Shown: piece after piece, positions 1 to 10,267 of the stretch
How the letters are laid out: each line of letters opens with the position of its first letter
Numbering within the stretch: the first letter of the stretch is position 1
NCBI GenBank assembly: GCA_965660855.1
Contig: CBFIBM010000005.1
Location: 33,466 to 97,465, forward strand
DNA length: 64,000 nucleotides
DNA from: an uncultured bacterium
GTDB lineage: Bacteria; Fidelibacterota; Marinisomatia; Marinisomatales; UBA1611
Direction of reading: 5' to 3'
The notes under the pieces: generated by a model
What the model was told of the DNA's origin: nothing
The model's input: only the letters and a program-made list of their open reading frames with translations
Database searches by the model: none
Made by a program: the position numbers and the translations under genes

Positions 1-359
1 GTTGACATATCTGAAAATAATTCAGTATCAATAATTGGTTTGTTATCAGTTAAGGACATTTTTTTGTCTGAATTAGAAAGTTTTTCTTGTACAACATTTG
101 AATTAGCAGATATGTTCTCTTTATTATTACCAGAATTAGAAAAATAATTAGACTCTAATTTATCTAGGTCAATATCTTTCCAATTTTTCAGTTTATTACT
201 ATTAACATGAGATTTATTAGTTTTTACTGATTTATTGGACGAATTATGTATGTTATTTTTTTTATTTTTAACTGTTGAAGATGATTGAGGTTTTGTCGAA
301 CCGCAAGCATTAATTAAAAATGTAATTATAATTGAAAAAAGAATTTGTGAGTATTTCAT
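1..359 (-). CDS. Hypothetical lipoprotein, partial (runs off the left end of the window); not in the ORF track
   Basis: ATG at 359 reads MKYSQILFSIIITFLINACGSTKPQ..., a signal peptide with an LINAC lipobox followed by an Asn/Ser/Lys-rich stretch. AGAG lies upstream and the gene starts 18 bp after the stop of 378..1337. Confidence 0.75.
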   Translation of the reverse strand, partial: MKYSQILFSIIITFLINACGSTKPQSSSTVKNKKNNIHNSSNKSVKTNKSHVNSNKLKNWKDIDLDKLESNYFSNSGNNKENISANSNVVQEKLSNSDKKMSLTDNKPIIDTELFSDMS

Positions 360-377
360 TTTTATTTCTCTAACTTA

Positions 378-1337
378 TTATAAATCTTTAACACATCTAA
401 AACCAAAATTTGTGTCCCTATAATCTGGTTTTAACTTATATCTTCTACTTACATTACAAAACACATCATTACTAAACCATGAACCACCTCTTACAACTCT
501 CTCGGTTCCATAATCTGGACCAGGTGGATTAATGTTATTTGCTATTTGAAAATAATCATCATGGTACCAATCTGAGCACCATTCCCATACATTACCACTC
601 ATATCGTAGATTCCAAGTTCGTTTGGTTTTTTTTTACCAACTGGTTGCTTACTATCAGTGTTAGCTAAGAACCATGCAACTTCATCTAATTTATTTGACC
701 CCGAATACAAATTTTTACCATTAAAATAAATCCCTCCTCTAGCTGCAAATTCCCATTCAGCTTCAGTTGGTAACCTTTTACCTACTTTTTTTGCATAATC
801 CATAGCATCATACCAAGAAACATTCTCTACGGGACATTCCATACAGCCTGAATAATCCGATGCAAACTTACCCATGACATGTCGATATTCCCTTTGCGTT
901 ACTTCAGTCTTATCTATCAAATAGCTATCTAGAGTGACTGTATGTTCTGATTTCTCATTTTTTTTCGCATTTATATTAACGCGCTTAAATTGACCTCCAT
1001 CTACATAAGCCATTCCCTCAGGAACAGTTACAATTCTAAAATTTAAAATTTTTCCAACAATAAAATCTTTGTCAATTAAAAGCCAATTTATTTCGTTATT
1101 TTTCCCAGGTAAAACTTTCATCCCAAGATCACCTTCTGCGTCTTTAATAAACGTATATGATTGTCCACCATCAATTGAATATGTCAATGCTACTTGATCA
1201 CCTCGAAATAGCTCTCCAACCATATCATATTTAATAGTTATACTTAGGCCATCTTGGTATGCCTTAACATTCTTGTAAGTCTGAGCGGATATGATATTGC
1301 ACAGAAAGTATATGTAGGTAAAAGTTTTTATTCTCAT
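378..1337 (-). CDS. Secreted FGE-sulfatase (SUMF1/EgtB/PvdO-family) domain protein
   Basis: Motifs TEVTQ, PVENVSWYDA, RLPTEAEWEFAARGG, PNELGIYDMSGNVWEW, RGGSW and GFRCV; N-terminal signal peptide plus a beta-rich domain. Confidence 0.9.
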   Translation of the reverse strand: MRIKTFTYIYFLCNIISAQTYKNVKAYQDGLSITIKYDMVGELFRGDQVALTYSIDGGQSYTFIKDAEGDLGMKVLPGKNNEINWLLIDKDFIVGKILNFRIVTVPEGMAYVDGGQFKRVNINAKKNEKSEHTVTLDSYLIDKTEVTQREYRHVMGKFASDYSGCMECPVENVSWYDAMDYAKKVGKRLPTEAEWEFAARGGIYFNGKNLYSGSNKLDEVAWFLANTDSKQPVGKKKPNELGIYDMSGNVWEWCSDWYHDDYFQIANNINPPGPDYGTERVVRGGSWFSNDVFCNVSRRYKLKPDYRDTNFGFRCVKDL

Positions 1338-1459
1338 TTTATGTATTATTTATTGTTTTTATTAACATGTAAAGATAATAAAAATAATTAATAAAATAAA
1401 TTAAAAATACTTAAAATTTTACAATGTTTATAAATCTATATATTTAATAATATATGAAT

Positions 1460-3610
1460 TTAAAGATTTCTATTAAAAAATCTAATCATCTTAGTATATA
1501 AATCTTTTCTCGCTCCTCCGCCATAAATTCCATGGTTTCTTCCTGGGTATTCATGCCAAACAACATCTTTTCCATTTCGCAATGCCTTGTCAACAAAATG
1601 TGTTGTATGTTGAGCATGGACATTATCGTCATTTGAACCATGCATTATCAATAATTTTCCTTTCATTCGATGTAACCAAGATAATGTATTAGTTGAATCG
1701 TAACCATTGTTATTTTCAGTTATAAGTCCCATTGACCTCTCAGTGTATGCTGTATCATACAATTTAAAGTCTGTGCAAGGTGCAATTGCTACTCCGGCTT
1801 TAAAATAATTACCATTTTTTGTTAACATCAAACATGTAAAGTATCCACCCCCACTCCATCCCCAAGCACCAATCCGATTACTATCAATATATTTTTTTTT
1901 AGTCAGAAATTCGATTCCTGCAATTTGATCTTTTGCTAAATACTTTGCCATATCTCCATAACTGTAATTTTTAAATTTTTCACCTCTTCCACTCATACCT
2001 CTTGTATCCATTGAAAATACAATATATCCTTGCTGTGCTAAAAATTGATCCCAAATTTTCCCCCATTTGTTCCAGACTATCTGAGTTCCAGGCATTCCAT
2101 AACCATGCATTATAACAGGATATTTTTTATTAATATCAAAATTTGGTGGTAAAATAAGAGTTCCATCAAGTGTAACATCTTTATCTGAACTAGGAAAATG
2201 AACAATTTCTGGTAGGGACCACTCATAATTGAGATATTGCGAAATATCAGTTTCTTTTATGACCCTTACAACTTTTCCTGTTTTTAGTTCTTTTAAGATA
2301 ATTTTTGGAGGAACTGATAAGCTTGAAAAATAATCAATAAAATATTTTTTATCATTTGTAACTTCAATTCTATGAACGCCACTTTCATTTGAAAGGAGTT
2401 TCATTTCTGTGCCATCATACCTTATTGAATATAAATTCAGCTCAAATGTTGATTTATTATTTGCTGTAAAATAAATTTTTTGATCTTTCTCATCAATAAA
2501 TTTTATTTTTGAGACTTCCCAATTCCCTTTAGTAACTGCCCATTTTTTTGAACCTGAATGTTTTGATAACCATATATGTTTGAATCCTGATTGTTCCGAA
2601 ATCCATAATATTTTGCCATCCTTCAAAAAATAAATTTCACCATCGTTATCTAACCATCCCTGATCATCATTTTCAGTTAATATTTTCTTAGATTTTCCAG
2701 TATTTTTGTCAGCTACAAATAAATCCCAGCGATTTTGTTTCCTATTCATTTTTAAAAAGCTTATTTTTTTATTATCAACCCACTCCATCCAAGGTAAATA
2801 ATTATCGTCAGTTACTGCCTCTGGTATCCACTTTTTCCCAGCCCCTTTCACTCTTACTACCCCTATACGCAGTGAAGGATTTACCTGACCAACCTTTGGA
2901 TATCTAATTTTTTTTACTTTTGGATAAAAACCTAATTCATCTACAATTGAGAACTCTGGGACTTGAGACTCATCCTCTTCCCAGAAAGCAATTGCTTCAC
3001 TGTCAGGAGACCATCGATAACCATCATAACCTGTTAACTCTTCTTCATATAGCCATCCGAAGTGTCCATTAGTCACTGTTTCAGAGCCACTATTTGTCAA
3101 TTGCTTTTCTCTATTCCTATGGATATCAAAGTAATAGAGGTTATTATCATCTCTTATATATGCTATTTTGTTTCCATCAGGTGAAAATTTTACGTTTCTT
3201 AAATTGGAATTATTTAAAGTTAGTGGATTCAATATTTGTAAGGTTCTATCATAGTAATAATAGGTCCCTTTTGATGAATATCTCCATATTTGTTTTGAAT
3301 CTGTTTCTATTATTATTCGCTTACCGTTTGAAGAAAAAATCAGATTATTTACATAAAGATCATCCCCTTTAAAATTAAATGCTAAACTATCTAAAAATAA
3401 AGTTGTATCACCTGATAATAAATTGACTTTAAACCAAGACCTCCAATTATCTCCTTTTCCTCTAAAAATATAAGAGCTTTCATCAGGGTAATTTATTTTC
3501 CAACCAATTGAAGCCACATCAAATGGTGAATCAAGCACAGCTTGATCTTTAGTGAGCCAAATAGCTAATAATGTTTTTGTCAATAATATTTTGTAAAAGA
3601 ATAAGCGCAT
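1460..3610 (-). CDS. Dipeptidyl peptidase IV-like serine peptidase (S9B)
   Basis: DPPIV_N propeller motifs (WLYEEEL, WSPD, RYPKVG) and catalytic GWSGGG, DDNV, NHGI. Confidence 0.92.
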   Translation of the reverse strand: MRLFFYKILLTKTLLAIWLTKDQAVLDSPFDVASIGWKINYPDESSYIFRGKGDNWRSWFKVNLLSGDTTLFLDSLAFNFKGDDLYVNNLIFSSNGKRIIIETDSKQIWRYSSKGTYYYYDRTLQILNPLTLNNSNLRNVKFSPDGNKIAYIRDDNNLYYFDIHRNREKQLTNSGSETVTNGHFGWLYEEELTGYDGYRWSPDSEAIAFWEEDESQVPEFSIVDELGFYPKVKKIRYPKVGQVNPSLRIGVVRVKGAGKKWIPEAVTDDNYLPWMEWVDNKKISFLKMNRKQNRWDLFVADKNTGKSKKILTENDDQGWLDNDGEIYFLKDGKILWISEQSGFKHIWLSKHSGSKKWAVTKGNWEVSKIKFIDEKDQKIYFTANNKSTFELNLYSIRYDGTEMKLLSNESGVHRIEVTNDKKYFIDYFSSLSVPPKIILKELKTGKVVRVIKETDISQYLNYEWSLPEIVHFPSSDKDVTLDGTLILPPNFDINKKYPVIMHGYGMPGTQIVWNKWGKIWDQFLAQQGYIVFSMDTRGMSGRGEKFKNYSYGDMAKYLAKDQIAGIEFLTKKKYIDSNRIGAWGWSGGGYFTCLMLTKNGNYFKAGVAIAPCTDFKLYDTAYTERSMGLITENNNGYDSTNTLSWLHRMKGKLLIMHGSNDDNVHAQHTTHFVDKALRNGKDVVWHEYPGRNHGIYGGGARKDLYTKMIRFFNRNL

Positions 3611-3612
3611 AA

Positions 3613-4281
3613 TTATATGTTTTGTTTTATTTTTTTTAGAAGACTTACCATCATTTCAAATGTTAATTTTCTTGTGTTTACATTTCGTGGACTTGGATGA
3701 TAAGAACCAATCAAAATCAATCCATTTGGTAATAAATATTTCGCACCATGTCCAAACTTATAATCTCTCATTTTTATTGAATGATTTTTTCTTACAAATT
3801 TCAAACATGAATCAAATCCAATTTTACCTAAGGCTAAAACAATCTTTAGATTTGTCATCATTTTAAATTCCTTGGATAAAAAAGGCTCGCAGTTTTCTTT
3901 TTCACTTGATGATGGTTTATCTCCTGGAGGAACACATTTAACGGCAGCAGTAATATAACCGCTTAATTGTAACCCGTCATTTCTGTGATCTGAATTAGAT
4001 TGATTAGAAAGTCCAACATGATGTAAACATTTAAATAAGAAATCTGCTGATTTATCTCCTGTAAAAACTCTACCAGTTCTATTACCTCCATGAGCAGCAG
4101 GAGCTAAACCTAAAATCATAATTTTCTTATTTACATCCCCATATCCAGGCACTGGCTTCCCCCAATAATCCCAATCTTGGTATGATTTTCTTTTTTCAAA
4201 TGCTATCTTTTCTCTAAATTCAACTAGTCGACTACATTTTCTACAATTAATTATTTGTTTTTCTAATTTATCTATTGTCAT
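3613..4281 (-). CDS. Uracil-DNA glycosylase, family 5 (UdgB-like, Fe-S)
   Basis: CxxC near the N-terminus, GLAPAAHGGNRTGRVFTGD, KCVPPGDKP and YHPSPRN motifs. Confidence 0.92.
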   Translation of the reverse strand: MTIDKLEKQIINCRKCSRLVEFREKIAFEKRKSYQDWDYWGKPVPGYGDVNKKIMILGLAPAAHGGNRTGRVFTGDKSADFLFKCLHHVGLSNQSNSDHRNDGLQLSGYITAAVKCVPPGDKPSSSEKENCEPFLSKEFKMMTNLKIVLALGKIGFDSCLKFVRKNHSIKMRDYKFGHGAKYLLPNGLILIGSYHPSPRNVNTRKLTFEMMVSLLKKIKQNI

Positions 4282-4461
4282 GTGTTCTTAAAACTTATCA
4301 ACGACCTATTATTTACTAATAAAAATAAGAATAAATTAGATCCAATTCGATTATATTTTATTCTTGCTCATTGTTTCATGAAAAACGTAGATATAAATTA
4401 TTAGGCTGTATTAGTATTAAAATGATAATTTTAAAATCAATTTAAATTTCGAGGCTTTTTT

Positions 4462-6294
4462 ATGGCTTTAATGACTTCAATGAGAGAAAAAATGCATGTT
4501 GTGCTCTGGGCACTTTTGTTTATGTTCCTTTTAAGTATGACAATAGGAGGTCTTGTTGGTGGAGCAAATATTCTTGATCAACTTATCGGTAGAGTTAATC
4601 CTCAAACTACCATTGCACAAATAAATGAAATAAATATTTCTCCAGACAGATTTAATAGTTTAGTTAACCAGCAAGTTGAAAGTGCGAGAAGCTCTGGAAG
4701 ACCTATAAACGATTTTGTCCTTCAAAGAGCTAGAAAGACTGCTTGGGATAACCTGATACAAGATGTTTTAGTTTCACAAGAAGTAAAAAGACTAAATATT
4801 TCGGCAACCAATGAAGAAGTTATATATCACCTAAGAAATAATCCGCCTCCTTTTTTACAACAAAATCCAAACTTTCAAACAGATAATAAATTTGATATTA
4901 CAAAATATAGACAAGCATTGGCAAATCCTCAAGGTGATGAATGGGCTCCAATTGAATCATTCATGCGTGAGACATATATCCCAAATTTTAAACTTCAAAA
5001 AATGGTAGATGAAAGTATCATTATAACAAATTCAGAAATAAAAAACGAGTTTTTAAAACGTAATATCAAATATACTGTTTCTTCAATACATGTTACATCC
5101 GCAAAAGTTCAAAAAGATGTTCTAGAACCATCTGATGATGATATTGATAATAAATATAGTGAATTAAAGGAAGATTTCAAGCATGATGAATTAAGATCAA
5201 TAAATTATGTATCTTGGGCAAAACAGCCATCAAAGCAAGATTCTTTGAATACAAAAAACTTAGCAAATGAATTATATGCTAGGGCAAAATCAGGTGAAGA
5301 TTTTTCTTCTCTAGCAAATGAATATTCAATGGATCCAGGTAATCTAGGTACAAAAGGAGGAGATTTAGGCTGGTTTAAGAAAGGTCAAATGGTTAAAGAA
5401 TTTGAGGAAGCAGCATTTAGTTCAAAGAAAAATAATATAATTAAACCAATAATTTCCAATTTTGGAGTTCATGTAATCTATGTTAAAGATTTCAGGGTCA
5501 ATAAAACTGATGAAAAAGAGGTTTCAGCATCGCATATCCTATTAAAGATTGAACCTAGTTCAACAACCTTATCGAACTTAAAAAGAGATGCAACTCTTTT
5601 TAGCTATGATGCTCAAGATAATGGTTTTGATAAAACATTATCTGAATACAACTATAAAGCCGAAATTGTTGATAATTTAAATATTGAAGATTATTCTTTA
5701 AAAGGAATTGGTGGCCTACGATCAGCAGTAAGTTTTGCATTTAACAATAAAATTGGAGATATTTCAGATATTATTGAAAATGATGATTATTTTGTAATAT
5801 GTCAATTAAAGTCAATCACGCCTCCAGGCTATAAATTAATAGATGATGTAAGAGATAATTTAATTAAGAATATAAAACAAGATAGATTAAAACAATTAAC
5901 CTTAGATAATGCCAATGATATTTTAATAGATATAACAGGTACAAATTTAACTCTAGATAAAATGCTTACACCTGAAAAAGGAATAGAACTAATTAAAGAA
6001 GATATAAAAACCTTATCCGAAGGTTTCACCTCTATTGGTAAAAATGATAGAATAACCGGTGCAGTTCTAAATGGAAAAATCGGTGATCTAATCGGTCCTC
6101 TCGAGACTCGAAATGGGCATGCAATTATACAAATTAATGATATATCTACTTTTGATTCTACAGAATTCGAAGTTCAATTAGAATTAATTAGAGGGTCAAT
6201 ATTTAATAAAAAACAAAACAACTATTTTCAAGCATGGTTAAATGATCTGAAAGAAAGTGCGAAAATAATTGATAATAGAAGGTATTATTTTTAA
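4462..6294 (+). CDS. ppiD: Membrane-anchored periplasmic chaperone/parvulin PPIase (PpiD/SurA_N family)
   Basis: N-terminal TM anchor, SurA_N-like helical region, parvulin motif FSSLANEYSMD..GGDLGWFKKGQMVKEFEEAAF, FGVHVI. Confidence 0.8.
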   Translation: MALMTSMREKMHVVLWALLFMFLLSMTIGGLVGGANILDQLIGRVNPQTTIAQINEINISPDRFNSLVNQQVESARSSGRPINDFVLQRARKTAWDNLIQDVLVSQEVKRLNISATNEEVIYHLRNNPPPFLQQNPNFQTDNKFDITKYRQALANPQGDEWAPIESFMRETYIPNFKLQKMVDESIIITNSEIKNEFLKRNIKYTVSSIHVTSAKVQKDVLEPSDDDIDNKYSELKEDFKHDELRSINYVSWAKQPSKQDSLNTKNLANELYARAKSGEDFSSLANEYSMDPGNLGTKGGDLGWFKKGQMVKEFEEAAFSSKKNNIIKPIISNFGVHVIYVKDFRVNKTDEKEVSASHILLKIEPSSTTLSNLKRDATLFSYDAQDNGFDKTLSEYNYKAEIVDNLNIEDYSLKGIGGLRSAVSFAFNNKIGDISDIIENDDYFVICQLKSITPPGYKLIDDVRDNLIKNIKQDRLKQLTLDNANDILIDITGTNLTLDKMLTPEKGIELIKEDIKTLSEGFTSIGKNDRITGAVLNGKIGDLIGPLETRNGHAIIQINDISTFDSTEFEVQLELIRGSIFNKKQNNYFQAWLNDLKESAKIIDNRRYYF

Positions 6295-6332
6295 TTCAAT
6301 GCTTATTGTTTACCCATTTTGGTTAAAATTAT

Positions 6333-7931
6333 ATGCCTACTCTCAAATCTAAAACCGATATTAATTCAGAAGAATACCAAAAGAACTATAGGCATAATAA
6401 GTCCTTAGCCAATGAACTAAAAATATTAGAAGAAAAAATAAAAAAAATGGGTCCAAAGAAATATGTTGAAAAACATATTGAAAAAGGAAAAATTACAGCT
6501 CGAGATAGGATTAATTTATTGAAAGATGAGAATACAAGATTTCTTGAATTCTCATGCTTGGGTGGTTATAAATTATATGATGATTACATACCTGCAGCAG
6601 GAATCATCACTGGTCTCATATACATTCATCAAAGATTATGTATTGTCATAGCAAATGACGCGACTGTAAAAGGCGGTACATATTATCCAATTACAGTAAA
6701 AAAACACCTTAGAGCGCAAGAAATTGCTTTCGAAAACAAACTACCTTGTATTTATCTAGTCGATAGTGGCGGTGCATTTCTTCCTAAACAAGATGAGGTA
6801 TTTCCTGATAAAAATCATTTTGGAAGAATTTTCTATAATCAAGCTAGGATGAGCTCAAATGGTATTCCACAACTTTCTGCAGTTATGGGCTCATGCACCG
6901 CAGGGGGAGCTTATGTTCCTGCAATGAGTGACGAATGTATTATTGTAAATAAAACAGGTACAATTTTTTTAGGCGGGCCTCCATTAGTTAAAGCTGCAAT
7001 TGGTGAAATTACAACAGCAGAGGAATTAGGCGGTGCAAAACTACATACTAAGATTAGTGGAGTAGCTGATCATTTTGCAAAAGATGATTCTCATGCAATA
7101 AAAATATTACGTGGAATAATAGACCATTTTCCAGAACACAATATTATTGAAAATAATACATATAAAAGACCATTACACGATATAAATGAAATTTATGGTA
7201 TTTTATCTAGAACATTTCAAAAGCCATTTGATGTTCATGAAATAATTTCTCGTATCGTTGATGAATCAAATTTTGAAGAATTTAAAAAAGAATATGGAAA
7301 AACTTTAGTTACTGGATTTGCAAAAATAGGTGGATTCCCAATTGGAATTGTTGCGAATAATGGAGTCTTGATTAGTCAAACTTCTTTGAAAGGGGCTCAT
7401 TTTATTGAGATTTGTTCCCAGCGAAAAATCCCCTTATTATTTCTTCAAAACATAACCGGCTTTATGGTTGGAAAAAATGCAGAGTCAAATGGTATCGCAA
7501 AAGATGGAGCAAAAATGGTGCAGGCTGTTGCGACAGCTAGTGTTCCTAAACTAACTGTAATAATTGGTGGTAGTTTTGGAGCTGGAAATTACGCAATGTG
7601 TGGAAGAGCATATCAACCAAGATTTTTATGGATGTGGCCAAATGCCAGAATATCAGTAATGGGTGGAAATCAGGCAGCTCATGTTATGGCTACTATAAAA
7701 GAAGATCAACTGTCAAAAAAGAATCAAACAATTTCAAATGAAGAGATTGAAGGCCTCAAGAAACCAATTATTGATAAATATGAAAAAGAGGGGAGTCCAT
7801 ACTACTCCAGTTCTCGTTTGTGGGATGATGGTATTATAAATCCCATCGATACTAGAGATATTCTTATAATGGCCTTAAAAGTTATACAAAATACAAATTC
7901 TTTAAATAAAGCTCCAGTATTTCGAATGTAA
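6333..7931 (+). CDS. Acyl-CoA carboxylase carboxyltransferase subunit (methylcrotonyl-CoA carboxylase beta-like)
   Basis: [73 protein letters not shown]. Confidence 0.92.
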   Translation: MPTLKSKTDINSEEYQKNYRHNKSLANELKILEEKIKKMGPKKYVEKHIEKGKITARDRINLLKDENTRFLEFSCLGGYKLYDDYIPAAGIITGLIYIHQRLCIVIANDATVKGGTYYPITVKKHLRAQEIAFENKLPCIYLVDSGGAFLPKQDEVFPDKNHFGRIFYNQARMSSNGIPQLSAVMGSCTAGGAYVPAMSDECIIVNKTGTIFLGGPPLVKAAIGEITTAEELGGAKLHTKISGVADHFAKDDSHAIKILRGIIDHFPEHNIIENNTYKRPLHDINEIYGILSRTFQKPFDVHEIISRIVDESNFEEFKKEYGKTLVTGFAKIGGFPIGIVANNGVLISQTSLKGAHFIEICSQRKIPLLFLQNITGFMVGKNAESNGIAKDGAKMVQAVATASVPKLTVIIGGSFGAGNYAMCGRAYQPRFLWMWPNARISVMGGNQAAHVMATIKEDQLSKKNQTISNEEIEGLKKPIIDKYEKEGSPYYSSSRLWDDGIINPIDTRDILIMALKVIQNTNSLNKAPVFRM

Positions 7932-7934
7932 GTC

Positions 7935-8819
7935 ATGTCTATATACATTACTAGGGACAAATTAATATTCCAAATATTGCTACTTATTGGAATGTTAACC
8001 TGGGGACTATCATGGACTAATGGTAAAGTTTTAGGCAATTATGATAATGTTAATGTCATAATTTCTTGGAGATTCTTTTTTGCATTTATAGCATTTTTGC
8101 CTTTTCTTATTTCGAGTGAACACCCATTAATTCCACCTAAAAAAAGTATTCCATTTATATTATTAAATTCAATTTTTATTATATCTTATAATTTATTCTA
8201 TTTTTCAGGTACCAAAATTGGTTATGCATCGACTGGAGGTATTTTGGTTACTACATTGAATCCAATTCTAACTGCAATTTTTACAAGGATAATATTTAAA
8301 ACTTATATAAAAAATACAGATTTAATTGGTTTAGGTATAGGCCTCGTTGGGAGTTGTATTTTAATTAAAATATGGTCACTCGATATAGATTTAATGCTAA
8401 AAACAGGTAATCTATTTTTCATATTTGCTTCTTTTTCTTGGGTTTGTGTTACAATAATTACGGCATTCTCGAAAGATTATATACACTTCATACCTTATAC
8501 CTTTTGGAGCTTTTTTTCTGGATTTATATTTTCACTACTATTTTCTATTGATGAAGATTTATTTATTATTTACAGTTTTGATTATATTTTTTGGATTAAC
8601 TTTATATTAATTTCTGTAGGAGCTATGGCATTTGGTCAAGGTATTTATTTCAAAGCAACATCAACTTTAGGGCCTAAAAAGGCGAGTTCTTATATATTAA
8701 TTGTACCAATAGCTGCTGCTTTTTTTGCAATCTTAATTTTAGGAGAATCTATTGATATCTTTGTAATCTGTGGAGGGATTTTAAGCATTGTTGCGGTATT
8801 CATTTTAAATAATTATTAA
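7935..8819 (+). CDS. DMT/EamA family transporter
   Basis: About 10 hydrophobic segments in two EamA repeats, WG motif near the N-terminus, C-terminal LILGE. The true start may be slightly downstream. Confidence 0.85.
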   Translation: MSIYITRDKLIFQILLLIGMLTWGLSWTNGKVLGNYDNVNVIISWRFFFAFIAFLPFLISSEHPLIPPKKSIPFILLNSIFIISYNLFYFSGTKIGYASTGGILVTTLNPILTAIFTRIIFKTYIKNTDLIGLGIGLVGSCILIKIWSLDIDLMLKTGNLFFIFASFSWVCVTIITAFSKDYIHFIPYTFWSFFSGFIFSLLFSIDEDLFIIYSFDYIFWINFILISVGAMAFGQGIYFKATSTLGPKKASSYILIVPIAAAFFAILILGESIDIFVICGGILSIVAVFILNNY

Positions 8820-8829
8820 ACAGTATTAT

Positions 8830-9861
8830 TTATATCTCTTTTTTAATTTTTTCTAACTGTTTTAAATAGTATTTATCATCTGGTTTAAATTTTATACATT
8901 TTTTTATTTCATTAAGTGCCAGATTATACTTTTTAAGCTTATATAAAATCTCAGCTTTTGTATCTATAAACATATATTTTTGTTTTTCATCTTCCACTTT
9001 TAAAATAGCATAATTTATTTTTTCTAATGCTATATCTAATTTTATTTCTAGTTCACTCATCCTCCAAGAGAAACTATTTAACATACGTAATGAAACATTA
9101 TCATCATATTCAATTAACTTTAAAAAAATATCAGCTTCAAGCTTTTCTAATCCTCCCTTCTTACGAATAAAATACATAGCCTCTGAAAGAGCTGTTTGAA
9201 TATTAGGACTTTCTGGATTTTCATCAACATATGTCAAAAGAAGATTATAATCTTGATTTTCTCTAGCATCATATAAATAGGAAAAAAATTCTGCAATACC
9301 GGATGAATCAACGTTTTCAACTAAAATAGCATCAATCATTTGTTTTGCAGATATAAAATCACCTTTTTCTTCATATTTTCTAGCTAATGTGAACATGGTA
9401 TTAAAGCTACGTGGATCTAATTGAAACTTATTTAGTAAAGATTTTATAGTATTCTTTCCTCCTTTAATTCGCTTGAGTTGTTTTAAAAAATCAGGTGCTT
9501 TTTTGTAACCAACAATCCTATCTATTTCTGTTCCTTTATTATTTGTTATTACAACAGTAGGATAACCACGTATATTGTATCGCTTTGCGATTTCAGGACC
9601 ATTCCCGCTCTCTGCATCAACCTTAATACTAATTAGATTATTGAAAGCATATTTTATTACATTATTATCACCAAATGTATCGGCATCCAGCCGGTCACAC
9701 CAAGTTCACCAATCAGTCTCAAAGTCAATTAAAATTAATTTATCTGTTTCGATATTAAAGATTTGATTCAGATCTTCGTAAGGATACCAAGGATATTCAA
9801 TTTTTTTACTACAATTACTAATTAAAAAAAAAGTAAAAAAGGAAAGAATAATCTTATTCAT
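8830..9861 (-). CDS. Probable selenoprotein: lipoprotein thioredoxin-fold protein (UxxC, Sec52) fused to a TPR-like helical domain, 343 aa
   Basis: Manual translation from ATG 9861 gives MNKIILSFFTFFLISNC...KLILIDFETDW-[TGA 9708-9706]-TWCDRLDADTF...KVDAE...RYNIRGYPTVVI...GTEIDRIVGY, continuing in frame with no other stop into the listed ORF 8830..9396. The start overlaps the upstream stop (ATGAATAA). Confidence 0.88.
9670..9705 (-). promoter_or_regulatory. Putative bacterial SECIS element directly 3' of the in-frame UGA
   Basis: mRNA reads UGA ACUUGG UGU GAC CGGC UGGAU GCCG AU ACA UUUGGU: a CGGC/GCCG upper stem, a 5-nt apical loop with G at position 2 starting 16 nt after UGA, and a UGU/ACA lower stem. 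It is built from GC-rich codons (CGG CTG GAT GCC) unusual in this AT-rich DNA. Confidence 0.75.
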
Positions 9862-10267
9862 TATTAAAATGTGAATTTATTTTATTCAAAACTAATTTAG
9901 GTGCTCTAGTTGGTTTGCCATTTTTTTTCATAAATGCATGCCAGGTATACCCTTTTACAATTATCTCATTTGTACTATTTACTTTAATGATATAATTGAT
10001 CTTTAATTTAGAAACTGGGATTTCATTGATTTGCGATATTATAACTAATTTATCTTCAAACTTAGCACTTGAAATATATTCACAATGTGCAAGAATCACC
10101 GGTAATGTTATTCCACTCTCTTCAATATCTGTGACTGTTAAACCTTTATTTTTTAACAGTTCCGTTCTTGCTTGTTCAAAAAATTCAAAATATCTAGAAT
10201 AATAAACAATACCCATTTGATCAATATCTTTGTAATAAACCCTACAATAAAAATGATGTTCAATCAT
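9854..10267 (-). CDS. Acyl-CoA thioesterase, YbgC/FadM (4HBT) family
   Basis: RVYYKDIDQMGIVYYSRYFEFFEQARTE hotdog-fold motif. Confidence 0.9.
   Translation of the reverse strand: MIEHHFYCRVYYKDIDQMGIVYYSRYFEFFEQARTELLKNKGLTVTDIEESGITLPVILAHCEYISSAKFEDKLVIISQINEIPVSKLKINYIIKVNSTNEIIVKGYTWHAFMKKNGKPTRAPKLVLNKINSHFNNE

Noticed and set aside
378..1337. FGE/C-type-lectin-fold gene as a diversity-generating retroelement target, or as a true formylglycine-generating enzyme
   Set aside because: I found no reverse transcriptase or template-repeat copy of its 3' end in the window, the catalytic Cys pair of true FGE is not evident, and no sulfatase is adjacent.
9824..9832. Homopolymer runs of 8-10 A/T here and elsewhere as phase-variation switches
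   Set aside because: They are frequent across this AT-rich window, including in essential genes, and all host frames are intact.
9397..9861. Reading the TGA at 9708-9706 as a pseudogene nonsense mutation or as a reassigned code (UGA = Trp or Gly)
   Set aside because: TGA is a normal stop elsewhere in the window (lepA, trkA, glnK, gltB) and Trp is TGG on both sides of it. The single TGA falls on the catalytic Cys position and is followed by a SECIS-like hairpin, so Sec fits better.
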